A DNA stretch of 63,736 bases, counting the filler, from Octopus bimaculoides (Eukaryota): assembly GCF_001194135.2 (NCBI RefSeq). It is 9 parts of 9 records of this genome, joined end to end, with 100 filler letters (N's around TTAATTAATTAA, not from the genome) between each part and the next. Parts side by side here need not be neighbours in the genome. Positions count along the whole stretch, not along the records: positions 61,757 to 63,736 come from NW_026431683.1; 8 more parts are not named here. One strand, given 5' to 3'. Under the pieces are notes generated by a model. The model searched no databases, was not told where the DNA came from, and saw only the letters and a program-made list of their open reading frames with translations. Shown here in pieces: positions 62,325 to 63,736 of the stretch. Numbering within the stretch: position 1 is the stretch's first letter; each line of letters begins with the position of its first letter. A program made the translations under genes and the position numbers.

Positions 62325-63736
62325 CNNNNNNNNNNNNNNNNNNNNNNNNNNNNNNNNNNNNNNNNNNNNNNNNNNNNNNNNNNNNNNNNNNNNNNNNNNN
62401 NNNNNNNNNNNNNNNNNNNNNNNNNNNNNNNNNNNNNNNNNNNNNNNNNNNNNNNNNNNNNNNNNNNNNNNNNNNNNNNNNNNNNNNNNNNNNNNNNNNN
62501 NNNNNNNNNNNNNNNNNNNNNNNNNNNNNNNNNNNNNNNNNNNNNNNNNNNNNNNNNNNNNNNNNNNNNNNNNNNNNNNNNNNNNNNNNNNNNNNNNNNN
62601 NNNNNNNNNNNNNNNNNNNNNNNNNNNNNNNNNNNNNNNNNNNNNNNNNNNNNNNNNNNNNNNNNNNNNNNNNNNNNNNNNNNNNNNNNNNNNNNNNNNN
62701 NNNNNNNNNNNNNNNNNNNNNNNNNNNNNNNNNNNNNNNNNNNNNNNNNNNNNNNNNNNNNNNNNNNNNNNNNNNNNNNNNNNNNNNNNNNNNNNNNNNN
62801 NNNNNNNNNNNNNNNNNNNNNNNNNNNNNNNNNNNNNNNNNNNNNNNNNNNNNNNNNNNNNNNNNNNNNNNNNNNNNNNNNNNNNNNNNNNNNNNNNNNN
62901 NNNNNNNNNNNNNNNNNNNNNNNNNNNNNNNNNNNNNNNNNNNNNNNNNNNNNNNNNNNNNNNNNNNNNNNNNNNNNNNNNNNNNNNNNNNNNNNNNNNN
63001 NNNNNNNNNNNNNNNNNNNNNNNNNNNNNGGGGGGGGTCTGTGGTGGTGGTGGGTGGGTCTGTGGTGGGGGTGGTTGTGGTGGTCGTGGTGGATGTAGTG
63101 ATGAGAATGATTATGATGTGTACAATACTATATATATATATATATATTTATATATACTGTGAATTTTTAGGCTTCGGTATGTCTTGGTGTACACCACCTA
63201 GTGTACCCTCATTCATTTTTTTATTCAACAGGTTAAAGTAAAGCTTGGCAGAATTTAGATTGCTTTATCAAGCAGATCAAGTATAGACGAAGAGGTTCTC
63301 TTTTTTGCCAAACACAAATATTGCAGCTGTTGTTACTTCGAAACCAAAGCCCATTAAATAAACCTGGAGCTAAAAACATTCCGAGCCGTCACCACTCAGT
63401 CATTTATACAATGAGCTATACAAGAAAAGTCCTGTATGTACTGTCTGTTTCGAAACAATAAATCTAGGAATACATTAGACTAATGTCCATTATTCGTTAA
63501 TTTATTGAGTAAGGTTTGACGGAAATTTAATTGTTATTTCTAACGCATCAGGCGACCATGTTGTGGTCCTGCCACAGGCCTCAAAAAACAAATCTTATTT
63601 TCCTTCTTGCTGTTTATTTAGCTTCGATTAAAACGCTTCGTAATGGACGACAAATAGACTGAAATTGCGTTACTTAAATGGAAAAGATATGTCAGACATT
63701 GTATAGCACCACACACACACACACACACACACACAC

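Overview
This is eukaryotic, AT-rich, microsatellite-dense draft-assembly DNA, and roughly a tenth of it is N. The repeat families and the protein fragment suggest an octopus or other coleoid cephalopod (inference). It is not one continuous locus: eight identical 100-bp spacers (44 N + TTAATTAATTAA + 44 N) split it into nine segments whose true adjacency is unproven. Most of the sequence is decayed transposons: several tRNA-derived SINE families, RTE, L1/Tx1-like, R4/Dong-like and CR1/L2-like LINE pieces, Penelope-like elements, mariner and maT transposase relics, TA-flanked MITEs and non-autonomous Helitrons. The only recognisable host-gene material is two minus-strand exons of an adhesion GPCR (HormR exon 7918-8084; GAIN-like exon 5016-5187). 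The most unusual structures are: (1) a 2-kb degenerate (CCCTAA)n array between ~370-bp direct repeats with an adjacent twin-hairpin cassette; (2) inverted-repeat-bracketed telomere-like cassettes inside a Helitron; (3) a LINE and a SINE sharing a 3' stem-loop with a compensatory base pair; (4) a SINE inserted into a perfect palindrome; (5) decayed Penelope-type hammerhead motifs. I found no CRISPR array, rRNA, genuine tRNA or intact autonomous element. All family assignments come from motif recognition, not database searches.
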